From a virus, in IMG/VR virus record IMGVR_UViG_3300025015_000001: a stretch of 64,000 nucleotides of DNA; one strand, 5' to 3'. The position numbers and the translations under genes are program-made. The notes under the pieces are model-generated. The model was not told where the DNA came from, did no database searches, and saw only the letters and a list, made by a program, of their open reading frames with translations. Within the stretch, counting starts at the first letter, position 1, and each line of letters starts with the position of its first letter. Positions 39,050 to 49,146 of this stretch are shown here, one piece after another.

Positions 39050-41665
39050 GTTTTTCTTTGAAGTGAAACGAAAAGCTAAAATAAGTCTTATAGTGAGTAT
39101 AACTAACCTATCTATGTTCGAGATAAATTATACCAGCTATCCCACACCCTATTAGCATGTTTTCATTTAATGAAAAATGAAAATAACTATTAGCTAATTT
39201 AAAAAGTATTACACTCACCACTACTTGCACAACACTACTTAGTATCTTCATTCTCATTTGATACCCCCCTTTATATTTTAGTAAATTATAAAATGTATAT
39301 CAGTACACTTTTCCAAAACCAGTATACGCCTATTGATATAGCAAGCCATGCTACTAAAAATTCCCAATTAATATTTTTCATTTTGCACCTCATTTTTTTG
39401 TTTTAGAAATTCTAAAATTATTTATTTAACATATCATTTTTTTACTTTTTTAAAAATTTTTTAAATTATTCTATGTTATAATATTTATATAACATAAAAG
39501 TAAAGGTTCATAATAGATTAACAGAACGCATATGTCGCTGACAAATCTGCTAGTAATTAATCATAAAAGTCTCAGACTATCCTGATTATAATTAATGTTA
39601 TATGTAGATAGTTATAGTACAATCCTAAGGTTAAAGATTATTGAAAGGTTCATACGTCGATGACGTTCTTGCTGCAGGATGCTTCTTGCGAAGCAAGCTT
39701 TAGTAGATAATCATAAAAGTCGCAGACTACCTTGTTGGGGCTTAACTATTGATGAGTAGAATTAAGTAGTAGATTCAAGATGTAAATGTTTTAATATCTT
39801 TATTATTAGAATCAGTATCATACATTATTTATTACACAATCTGAAAGTGAATTTGATACTTGTATCAGAAGACTTCACACTGCTTCCAGTATATCTGGAT
39901 GACATAAGCAGTTCCGTAAAGATGGAATTTGGACCATCCTGATTCGTACCTAATGAATATTATATGTCAATTGATTTGTTTAATAAATGATACTGTCAAT
40001 TTTTTTACTCTTGACAACCAACGCTATATTTGCGTCTAAAATTTGTTTACTTTTTCACCTGTCTTTTTATACTCGGAGTTGATAAAGCAAGCATCACATT
40101 CAGTATTTTTACAAGCTATTGCATCACTGCATGTACAAGCTTTCATAGCAATCGGATTCTCATCTTGATCAAAAGATACAAAATACTCCATCTTATGCTC
40201 ACACATTTTAGCCCCCTATGTAAATTGTTTTAGAAATTCTAAAATATTTTCTTACGTAAATCCTCAATGGCGGTGACCATATCGAGTGATGTATCCGCTT
40301 CCTATAAATCATATAGTATACGATTTGTTTATTTGTCGTAACATAATACATTAAGGATTTAAATAAAAAGACGTTTTTGTTTTGAGTGATAACGTCATAA
40401 CTCACTATTATTTTGTTATGTGGCCTCAATAACACGTATAGTGTTTCTCATATTGGCCACTGATATAATATCATTTCCGTTTCACCGCCCACGGATAAGG
40501 TACAACATTTTCAATTGTAGTGGTGATTTCATTTTGTTCATACTATATAGCATTCCTATAGTATCAGTCTAATCAAACCACCAAAGAACACTGTTTCTTA
40601 TTAGAAGGCTTTTCACGTAGCCTTTAACGTTTTATTATATCTTATTAGAGAGCATTATAACATAGGTTGCTCTTAACCTATTTAGTTGTCTGATTCTTTA
40701 CCCACCGAATCATAGGGGCCACCGTTTACCTTTTTAGTAGGTAGTCGTGGTCACTTGTCACTGACGGATTGCCTTAGCCATTGGATATTCTGTTTAGAAC
40801 ATATTTAAGTGTTCAGACTGATTTGTTTTATTATATACGTTTTAGAAAATCTAAAACGTATATACTCAGTTCGTTATCACAGTTCAACAGAGTATCTCTT
40901 ATCAGTATACTACTAGCAACCTTTACCTTACTAAGGTACAGTGTCTTTATAACACTACCCCCTCATTAGGGTTGTTGTTCACCATTAGTTAAAGTATAGC
41001 TACCACGGTAATATACATACCGCCACATTGTGCGTGACACACAAGCCCACCGGTCACCTTGCCCAGCACTGGTCTTTATCCACTGAGCTTATACAAATCT
41101 TCACACTCAAACTGTAGCTTCTGAGTAGACCTTTCTATCGGTCTAATGGAACCTACTACAGCGTGTATCTATATAAGTTTATTCAGGACATAGATTATCA
41201 GTCAGTAGTAATACTTCTTATGAAGTAAACAAGATATTTATTGTCTATCTGATTGACTTTAGCTATTTCATTTTAGAAATTCTAAAATCATTTTACAGGG
41301 TTTCACTTCAAGTACTGATAATCATATTTAATTGTCTTTACGATTTATTTATTTTTATTTCCTGTGAGTAACCCCCATTAATCTTTTTAGTTAATTTCAT
41401 TTTAGAATTTCTAAAATCATTTTTAAATTTTACATTTTAGAATTTCTAAAATCAAATAAATTGGAGTATATTCTAATTGACTTTTAAACAAAAAGATACC
41501 GTTAATTTTAGAATGTTATCTAAAATCTTTCAGTATAATTTGTTTATTTAATTTTTGATTAGATGATACTTTTTTAATATTATAAATTAAGACTAACTTA
41601 TAATATTAAAAAAGTATTGAAGGGGTTAAAATTACCCCTTCAATTTTTGATATTTTGATATGATG

Positions 41666-42283
41666 TTAAATCCTACCTTCACTTATTGGATTAAGTGGAT
41701 TAACAGCCGGCACTTGTAAACCCAGCTTTTCAATAATCTCTTCAGTAGTCAGAGAAGAGAGTAACAGCATTTTTTCTTTCTCCTTTTCCGCCTTTTCCTT
41801 GTCATGCAACTTTGTTTGAATAACACTTATCAATATATTGGTATCACCTATTGACAAGTCTTTTATATGACTATCTATGTACTTTGTAAAAGCTGTTAGA
41901 CAATCTGTTTCTTTCTTTGCTGCTTTTTCTTTGCTTGCGTTTCTTTTCTCAGATGCAGCACTTGAAAAGGCGTTTGCAAGAGGTAAATCACCGTTAGCAA
42001 GATAAGCAAGTAAAGTGCCCTTCCCACTTACAATCTTCAAATCACCTTCTTTCATGTCCTTATATGCGTTTGCTGTTGAGGCAACCTTTACCGTAAAAGA
42101 CTTACCCAAATTTTCCCAGTCGGTTTTTTTCATACCAACAATCTGAGTATTAATCTTAGTGTCAAGATTAAACGCATAGTCGCACTTTCTTGTATGTTCT
42201 AAGCTTGCAATCTCATTAACATCTTTAAAACCGTTAAACTCTTTTTCTAAATCTTGTATACTTATCATTTTTAAAACCTCCAT
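41666..42283 (-). CDS. hypothetical protein, first gene downstream of strong promoters
   Basis: about 200 aa; GGAGG RBS overlapped by a 17-bp palindrome. Confidence 0.75.
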   Translation of the reverse strand: MEVLKMISIQDLEKEFNGFKDVNEIASLEHTRKCDYAFNLDTKINTQIVGMKKTDWENLGKSFTVKVASTANAYKDMKEGDLKIVSGKGTLLAYLANGDLPLANAFSSAASEKRNASKEKAAKKETDCLTAFTKYIDSHIKDLSIGDTNILISVIQTKLHDKEKAEKEKEKMLLLSSLTTEEIIEKLGLQVPAVNPLNPISEGRI

Positions 42284-42512
42284 TTTAGAATTTCTAAAAT
42301 CCCAGATTATCCTACTTTATATTAAATATTTACCATACTATACTTATGGTAAGATAATCCTATTTTATATCACTTTATAAGAAAGTGATAATTGATTAAA
42401 CTTTATCAGGTGCTAACCTTCACCTTTAAATTGTAGTTTTTAGTTTCCGTTTAACCTCCCTTATTAATTTTTTATAAATCCTTTAAACCTTCATCTCTTA
42501 CTCTTGACTATA

Positions 42513-42541
42513 ATATTAACATAGCTGTAAAATCTTGTCAA
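42513..42541 (-). promoter_or_regulatory. sigma70 promoter
   Basis: TTGACA-17 bp-TAATAT on minus strand. Confidence 0.7.
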
Positions 42542-42613
42542 GTGGTTTTCTCTAAAACTTAAACTTTTTCTAAAATATCTTTAATAAGTAAAAGACTTTT
42601 TATATTCAAGTCA

Positions 42614-42642
42614 ATTATCTCATATCATTAAAAACTCGTCAA
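42614..42642 (-). promoter_or_regulatory. sigma70 promoter
   Basis: TTGACG-17 bp-GATAAT on minus strand. Confidence 0.7.
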
Positions 42643-42670
42643 GTAGTTTTTTACATATTTGAAAGTTTAT

Positions 42671-42794
42671 TAAGTAGGACTATCTTACATAGTCATATTG
42701 TAATATAGTGCTATATATAAGTAGGACTATCTTACATAGTCATATTGTAATATAGTGCTATATATAAGTAGGACTATCTTACATAGTCATATTG
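42671..42794. repeat. 47-bp tandem repeat, about 2.6 copies
   Basis: TAAGTAGGACTATCTTACATAGTCATATTGTAATATAGTGCTATATA at 42671, 42718 and partial 42765. Confidence 0.95.
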
Positions 42795-43093
42795 GAAGAT
42801 AATCCTAGAAAGGGGGGTATTCGAGCTGGCTGACGGTGGAGCATTTTATTTATATCCATTTCTTATAATTTTCATTTTATCATTGTGACATATTACAACT
42901 TATATAATATCTATTAATACTCATCTCATATTTGCATCATATAAAACCCACCATAACTTCTAAAATTATATGCCTATTACTTAAAATTATTAACAATGTA
43001 GTGCTTATTGATTACTCAATACCCTCAATTCTTATACCAAATTTGACTTCCTTATTATCTCATTAATTTCTTTTAAAGTTTGTATTGCTTACT

Positions 43094-43510
43094 TCATAAG
43101 AAGTATTCTACTGCTTTATCTGGCTCTACTATACAATTTTCTAATGTTCCAAAATATTCTTCTAAACAATTTAAAAGTAACTTCTTTATCCTAGGTTCAT
43201 CTGGGGAGTGGGGGAGCTTACTCTCAATATATAACTTTTCTAAATCTTTTTCCTTACTAAAGAAATATTCTTTAATTTGAGCAAGGGTCCACTCACCTCT
43301 TCTTATTGATTTTAATTGCTCATTGTTACGTTCTAAGTCCAAGTCCCCTTCTATAAGAATCATTTCTATTTCATTTAATAATCGAACTATATGATAAGCA
43401 AATTTCAGATCCATTTGATGTGTCTGGTACGTGAGCTGTCGCTTAATTCCTGCTTTAACTAGCCTTGCATATTCTACTAGTTCTTTATCTGACAAATCAC
43501 AAAGTTGCAT
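43094..43510 (-). CDS. RlaP-like nucleotidyltransferase, C-terminal half
   Basis: DLKFAYHIVRLL, LKSIRRGEW, SKLPHSPD. Confidence 0.8.
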   Translation of the reverse strand: MQLCDLSDKELVEYARLVKAGIKRQLTYQTHQMDLKFAYHIVRLLNEIEMILIEGDLDLERNNEQLKSIRRGEWTLAQIKEYFFSKEKDLEKLYIESKLPHSPDEPRIKKLLLNCLEEYFGTLENCIVEPDKAVEYFL

Positions 43511-44468
43511 AGTATGCTCCTTTTAAAGCTTTTGTAACTAGTCTTTCCATTAATGCATCATTGTGAATAGCTCTACCAGATAGATACTTATACTGAATGT
43601 GTTGCTTTTTACAGTATTGTTTTAGTCCATTCATTTTATTTTTATTATTTAAAATTTTAATCAAAAGACGTAAAGGCTTAACATCAAAAATAATTTCTTT
43701 CCCATTTAAAAATTTAATATAAAAATCAATACGAGTATATCGTAAATGTCCTTCCAAGTCTAAATATGGCACTACGCTATCTTCTAGTGCATAATAAGTT
43801 ATAGTTTCACACTTTTCTATATAATTAAGAACGTACTCTTCCCAAGAACTTCTATAAAAATATTCTTTACCCGTTTTATTTGAAAAGAAAAATCCAGCTT
43901 TATGATTTTTATGAAAATTACAATTTTTAGTAAACTCAGATTTAGCTAAACTTTTGCTAACTTTTACACTAAATTTGTTGCGCCAAGTAGTATCTCTACC
44001 CTCCCATATAAGCTTGCATCGTACTTTATGATTTTCGCGATTTTGTGGGTCTTGTAGTGACTTTTTAAAAGGATTTTTATCTCCACTAATGTCTGCATGA
44101 TTGAGGGACATTTTCTTTCTTGTTTTCTCAGAGTGTCTGTATCCTTTTGTAGTTAAAAGTTTTTGGTCCTTAACAAATACCTCGACACATTTCTTACTAC
44201 AAAATTCTCTCCAACCAGAACCGAGGGTGTGCAACTCTACTGACTCGCTACAGATTCGACAAGTATGTTCTATATTATCATCCCATAAATATCTAAAAAT
44301 TTTCTCATTAATATTTATTCCTTTATACTTTTCTATATCTGCGAGCCCTGATAGCCTGCTCAGATATAGCTTTTTGTGTGGGTGTAAAACTAAATGACTT
44401 CCGGTCTTTTTATTTCTATATTGAACTATTTTGAATTCTATAAGAAGTTTTAAACGTTCTTGTATCAT
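43497..44468 (-). CDS. putative homing endonuclease (NUMOD3 + TnsA-like PD-(D/E)XK)
   Basis: KGYRHSEKTRKKMS; YRSSWE...IDFYI...IFDVKP. Confidence 0.75.
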   Translation of the reverse strand: MIQERLKLLIEFKIVQYRNKKTGSHLVLHPHKKLYLSRLSGLADIEKYKGININEKIFRYLWDDNIEHTCRICSESVELHTLGSGWREFCSKKCVEVFVKDQKLLTTKGYRHSEKTRKKMSLNHADISGDKNPFKKSLQDPQNRENHKVRCKLIWEGRDTTWRNKFSVKVSKSLAKSEFTKNCNFHKNHKAGFFFSNKTGKEYFYRSSWEEYVLNYIEKCETITYYALEDSVVPYLDLEGHLRYTRIDFYIKFLNGKEIIFDVKPLRLLIKILNNKNKMNGLKQYCKKQHIQYKYLSGRAIHNDALMERLVTKALKGAYYATL

Positions 44469-44485
44469 AATGCAACCTCTATATT

Positions 44486-45091
44486 TTATACTAATTGTCT
44501 TCTATATATTTCTTTTTCTATATCTTCTAAACTATAAGAGCACTTTAAATTTTTATTTTTCTCAAATTGTCGAACATTTATAATGTATTTTGATTCTTGT
44601 GCATTTCTTAATTTGTGTAAAGAAGAATACGCATATCCTTTAAATTTATGCCATGCTCCTTTGTGAAGAAATACCTTTCTCTCATCTCTTACCATATTAG
44701 CTATCTTAGTCATATATAATACACATCTTGATGGGACAAAGAGGCTATCAATCATATTAGGGTTATTTTCCATGCATAGCATAAAATACTTAACTATATT
44801 ATATACTGATATGTCGTATTCTCTGTTATTATCTTTGTCTATTAAATGATGCTCCTGATATTGCTCGAAGTAATTCTTTTGCCTACCGAATCCTATTATG
44901 TCTCCGGCTAGATGAGGGAATACTATATCCTTATGAGGAATACAAAATCCATAGATATCAATGTCAGATAAATCATCAGATACACCATAAGCTACTGATC
45001 CCACCATTACCTCATACTGAATGCTTTTAGGGAGCCATGGTGGGGCGCTTAGTAAATTTTGCTTATATAATTTCTGAACTACACTTGACAT
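44486..45091 (-). CDS. RlaP-like nucleotidyltransferase, N-terminal half
   Basis: GSVAYGVSDDLSDIDIYG, NNPNMIDSLF, KFKGYAYS. Confidence 0.85.
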   Translation of the reverse strand: MSSVVQKLYKQNLLSAPPWLPKSIQYEVMVGSVAYGVSDDLSDIDIYGFCIPHKDIVFPHLAGDIIGFGRQKNYFEQYQEHHLIDKDNNREYDISVYNIVKYFMLCMENNPNMIDSLFVPSRCVLYMTKIANMVRDERKVFLHKGAWHKFKGYAYSSLHKLRNAQESKYIINVRQFEKNKNLKCSYSLEDIEKEIYRRQLV

Positions 45092-45164
45092 ACGTACCTT
45101 TCTAATTTTTATTATATATACTATAGCATATCTGTAATGCTAATGCAATATAATATTTTTAGTA

Positions 45165-45557
45165 TTGACAATTAGTATTATTTATACTATATTACTAAGT
45201 ATGAAAATAAATAGAGAAGCAGTGCATAGTAAATTTAATGGTCATTGTGCATACTGTGGTTGTGGGATCACTGTTAAAACTATGCAGGTGGACCATATCA
45301 TTCCTAAACTATTATTTAATGCAAAAATAGGATACAATGTGAATGATATTAAAAATCTTAATCCCGCATGCAGAGTGTGTAATAATTGGAAAAGCATATA
45401 CTCTGTAGAGGAATTTAGAAAGCAGATGCAGAAGCAAGTTGCGGCTGCAAGAAAATATAGTAGAAATTTTCGTATGGCAGAAAGATTTGGATTAATTACC
45501 GAAAACAAAATTGACGTAATATTTTATTTTGAATGTAGTGGTCTTACCTATATTTAA
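45165..45557 (+). CDS. HNH endonuclease
   Basis: HCAYCG, VDHIIPK, NLNPACRVCN; probable start MKINRE. Confidence 0.85.
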   Translation: MTISIIYTILLSMKINREAVHSKFNGHCAYCGCGITVKTMQVDHIIPKLLFNAKIGYNVNDIKNLNPACRVCNNWKSIYSVEEFRKQMQKQVAAARKYSRNFRMAERFGLITENKIDVIFYFECSGLTYI

Positions 45558-45813
45558 TATTTACATTATAAATAAATTGTGGTATAGTATCATTGTGAGA
45601 TTTATGACTACTAAATTTACATTTGGAAAATACAAAGATAAATTAATATATGATGTATCTAATATAGATCCTGATTATATTATGTGGGCATATGAAAATA
45701 TTAAAAATCCTAAACATGGTGGGGTGGATAAAGATTTGTATGAAGCCTGTATAATGGATTCATACTATGATGAAGAGGAATACTACCTCGGTGTTGATAG
45801 GTATGGTAAATAA
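45529..45813 (+). CDS. small conserved protein (FGKYK motif)
   Basis: FTFGKYKD..I.DV...DPDYIMW; probable start MTTKF. Confidence 0.65.
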   Translation: MNVVVLPIFNIYIINKLWYSIIVRFMTTKFTFGKYKDKLIYDVSNIDPDYIMWAYENIKNPKHGGVDKDLYEACIMDSYYDEEEYYLGVDRYGK

Positions 45814-45816
45814 TTT

Positions 45817-46944
45817 ATGACTACTCAACCTAAAACCATATATAAAGAGCTAATGTCTTTAGTAGAAAATCCATTATGTAAGGAAGCTTTTTATTACAAG
45901 GACTTTTATATAGAAAATACTTATTATCGTATCTTCAACTATAGACTAGCTTCGTATTCAGACTTCTTACTACCTTCTTCATTAGAGTGTCGTGGTATAA
46001 TGTTTGTGGTAGATGTGGATGGTAAATATACTAATTTAGTATGCCGTCCTATGAAAAAGTTTTTTGGGCTAAACGAAAATCCTTTTACCTCTGATTTAGA
46101 GTTATCTAATAGAACAATAGCTAATATTTATGAAAAAGCCGATGGTAGCCTTATCAGTACATTTTTGCAAAATGGCGAACTAAGATTAAAATCTAAAATG
46201 AGTTTAGACAGTGAGCAGGTCATAGATGCCACCAAGTGGCTTAATTCGCCCCGTAATGAGTTATTTAGGAAATCACTACATAAGCTAGCTTTAGATAATT
46301 ATACTACAAATTTGGAGTGGATCTCGCCGCTCAATAGGATAGTATTATTATATCCTGAACCTAAACTTGTGGTATTAAACATACGACATAATTATACTGG
46401 AGAGTATCTTAATTTTTCTGATGTTGTTAATGAGTATGAAATATCAGAAAAATATTTAATTAGTGAGGTTCATTGTGACAATTTAGAAAAGTTTATTAAT
46501 GATGTTCCTACTATGACTGATATAGAAGGATTTGTTATTTTACTTAAGTCTAGTCAGAGAATTAAGATAAAAACATTAGAATACTTACGTAAGCATAGAT
46601 GCAAAGAATCAGTAGATAATGCTAAAGCCCTTATTGAGAATATACTATATGAAACCATAGATGATGTTAAATCATTATTCATTGATAATGAGTTTATTTT
46701 AAATAGGATACGTAATGTAGAAAATATAGTAATCCCTAAATATAATCATATTGACAGTACTGTTAATTTATTTTATAATTCTAATAAGAACTTAAATAGA
46801 AAAGATTATGCTACTAAGGGTATGGCGGAATTAGGAAATTTATTTCACCTGGCTATGGTATTATATACTCATGGATCTGCTGATGTTAGGGGTTTTTGTA
46901 TGAAGTATTACAAAGATATATTTGATATAAAGGAGGAAAATTAA
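45817..46944 (+). CDS. T4 Rnl1-like RNA ligase
   Basis: FNYRLASY, LECRGIMF, EKADGSLI (adenylation motif I), EWISPLNRIV, IEGFV, IKIKT. Confidence 0.9.
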   Translation: MTTQPKTIYKELMSLVENPLCKEAFYYKDFYIENTYYRIFNYRLASYSDFLLPSSLECRGIMFVVDVDGKYTNLVCRPMKKFFGLNENPFTSDLELSNRTIANIYEKADGSLISTFLQNGELRLKSKMSLDSEQVIDATKWLNSPRNELFRKSLHKLALDNYTTNLEWISPLNRIVLLYPEPKLVVLNIRHNYTGEYLNFSDVVNEYEISEKYLISEVHCDNLEKFINDVPTMTDIEGFVILLKSSQRIKIKTLEYLRKHRCKESVDNAKALIENILYETIDDVKSLFIDNEFILNRIRNVENIVIPKYNHIDSTVNLFYNSNKNLNRKDYATKGMAELGNLFHLAMVLYTHGSADVRGFCMKYYKDIFDIKEEN

Positions 46945-46945
46945 A

Positions 46946-47200
46946 GTGCACACACTACCGCCTGATTCAAAAGTTGATAAGTTCTCTAGCCATGTCTTTG
47001 AGGATATAATCAACCAAACCAATATGCATATGCATGACATCAATATGGTCAGAATAAATCTGCCCGAGAACATTTCCGTAGTTATTAACGGGGTACATCT
47101 TAATATTAATTCGCTTAAACTAATTAAACAGCTTATAGCAAAAAATATCATAGACGTAACATTAGAAGAAGCTCTTCAAGTAGAAAAATATATTAAATAA
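46946..47200 (+). CDS. hypothetical protein
   Basis: 84 aa; VTLEEALQVEKY. Confidence 0.5.
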   Translation: MHTLPPDSKVDKFSSHVFEDIINQTNMHMHDINMVRINLPENISVVINGVHLNINSLKLIKQLIAKNIIDVTLEEALQVEKYIK

Positions 47201-47207
47201 TTAGACT

Positions 47208-47660
47208 ATGCAACAGAAAATAAAAACAATAAAAGACTTTCAAAACATTATTGATAACAAAGCTAATTGGGTATTCTGCCAATATTTTAATGGGCTTGAA
47301 TGGATGCGTCTATGCAGCTCCGCTCGACCTTCTGTAGAGTTTGTAGAGGAATTTATACACAAAATAATTTTTTATTCTATTTCTAAAAATAAATTATTAG
47401 CCAAACCCATCATAGATAAATATTCAGATAAACTAGATTGGCGTCTTATATCACATAATCATGTATTAAATTCTTATTTTGTAAATACTTATTTAGATAG
47501 ATTAAATTTAGAGGTAGTGTTAGATAGAGTGCATAGAATTACTGCTATGAATTTGAAAGAAGATACACTATGTTGCATTAATGAGCATACACTTAAAGTA
47601 GTAAAGTTTACCTTAGAGTTAGACTGGTATTTAAAAGGGGAAAGAAGTGACTACTATTAA
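47208..47660 (+). CDS. hypothetical protein with short LDW-type repeats
   Basis: LEWMRL, LDWRLIS..L repeats. Confidence 0.6.
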   Translation: MQQKIKTIKDFQNIIDNKANWVFCQYFNGLEWMRLCSSARPSVEFVEEFIHKIIFYSISKNKLLAKPIIDKYSDKLDWRLISHNHVLNSYFVNTYLDRLNLEVVLDRVHRITAMNLKEDTLCCINEHTLKVVKFTLELDWYLKGERSDYY

Positions 47661-47862
47661 TATAAATGATATAGTAAGAGTGAGGTTAACAGAAAAAGGT
47701 AAACATATATATAAATATCATATAGGATTATATAACAGTCTAGATAGAATTAAAGATGGGCTGTTGGAAACTGAATTGTGGGATATTGCCGTTATATTTG
47801 GTGGTGAGTTTTATATGGGCGCAGAGCCTATGTTTGAAAATAATGAAATTATTTTAGTTTAG
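47647..47862 (+). CDS. conserved small phage protein
   Basis: ININDIVRVRLTEKG; LWDI..IFG. Confidence 0.65.
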   Translation: MTTININDIVRVRLTEKGKHIYKYHIGLYNSLDRIKDGLLETELWDIAVIFGGEFYMGAEPMFENNEIILV

Positions 47863-48316
47863 TGGCTTTGCTGATTTAAAATGACGTATTCTCTTTCATG
47901 CCCTACGCTAAGCATCCTACCAACAGAATGGTAGTCTTTTACTTCTTGCTCTCTACTCGCACCATTCATAACCCCATTTCAAATCTTCATTTTTCCTCAA
48001 TAACATTCTCAGGCATTCTGCTGACTATTTTGTTTATATACTGATATTATTTCGTCTGTTCTTTTCATTAATAATGATAACATTTCATCATAATGCTCTA
48101 GATTTTCAAAATCATCTTCTTTTATTTTAAGCATCTATCTACTGCTCCTCCACTACTACCACTGGAATGTCTTCCCAATTAATACCTATGATATCGTTAC
48201 CTTTATCATCTACACCCTTCCATTCAAAAGCTCCTTGTAGAACTGTAGTGTCTTTCTTTTTTAGTAATCGGTATGAGGATGGAGTTAACCTCTTCATTTT
48301 TATATTTTCCATGTTA

Positions 48317-49108
48317 TTAATCCCATAAACATTCAAAATGATCTATAACCTTCATTAATATCTTTTTTCTTTCTTTGCACTTTTTAGTGTGTTCTACTAT
48401 TACTTTTTTTCTGTCTCTATCAGTTTTACAATTAGCAAAATTTATGTCAGTATTTTCATCCGCGTAGTCTAAGAACGCATCCCCTACTCTGTGTAGTTCG
48501 GCCTGCCACTCTTCAAAAGTTTCAAACTTACTATCAGGCCAACCATGCGTAGTATCGGCTAATTGTTTTAGCCCATTACCGATTATATCAGCTAAGAAAT
48601 AATCGTATGACCAGATATCTCTGTCACTATAACCACGACGACCTCTTTGTACAAAGTATTTAATTTCTCTAGGAAAATCTTTTATTTTATGATAAATCCC
48701 CAAAAATTTTCTACGAAGATATACATAGATATTTCTTGGGAATTTACTATCTTTTATTCTCTGTTTTTCCCATCTTTCTATTATTTCATCCATTGAAAAT
48801 GTTCTAAATGGTTCTGCTGAGACTGCAGTTGTGCCCGTTAGCGTAAATTTAACTGTATCGTCTATAGGAGGAAAAATTGACCGACTCTTAGTCAGACCAT
48901 CGTACATAAAATTCAAATCTGGAAACTTAAGCTTAGATGTATTTACAGCATGATCTCTTAGTATAACAGAGTAATCTTTTTTACTTTTTTCCCTACTAAG
49001 TTTCTTTAAGTTTTCTGCTGGAGTTTCCTCATTAGATTTTATTTTTTTAATAAAATCTTTAGCATCCATATCGGTTAGTATTGGTGTTTCTGCTATTTTC
49101 CTAGCCAT
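48317..49108 (-). CDS. conserved phage protein
   Basis: QRGRRGYSDRDIW..D..L..II..GL..L..THGWP. Confidence 0.7.
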   Translation of the reverse strand: MARKIAETPILTDMDAKDFIKKIKSNEETPAENLKKLSREKSKKDYSVILRDHAVNTSKLKFPDLNFMYDGLTKSRSIFPPIDDTVKFTLTGTTAVSAEPFRTFSMDEIIERWEKQRIKDSKFPRNIYVYLRRKFLGIYHKIKDFPREIKYFVQRGRRGYSDRDIWSYDYFLADIIGNGLKQLADTTHGWPDSKFETFEEWQAELHRVGDAFLDYADENTDINFANCKTDRDRKKVIVEHTKKCKERKKILMKVIDHFECLWD

Positions 49109-49146
49109 TTATTTATCTCCATTTATTGTTTAGCCTCTGTAGACTA

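Larger units (their letters stand above)
17604..42299. repeat. dispersed 17-bp palindrome TTTTAGA-WWW-TCTAAAA (about 27 copies)
   Basis: e.g. 17604, 18929, 19234, 20107, 21316, 25341, 25777, 27265, 28582, 30604, 30986, 31677, 32302, 33702, 34453, 34807, 37331, 37935, 39401, 40228, 40840, 41271, 41400, 41435, 42283. Confidence 0.9.

Noticed and set aside
42671-42794. CRISPR array
   Set aside because: Units are directly adjacent with no spacers, and no cas genes are seen.
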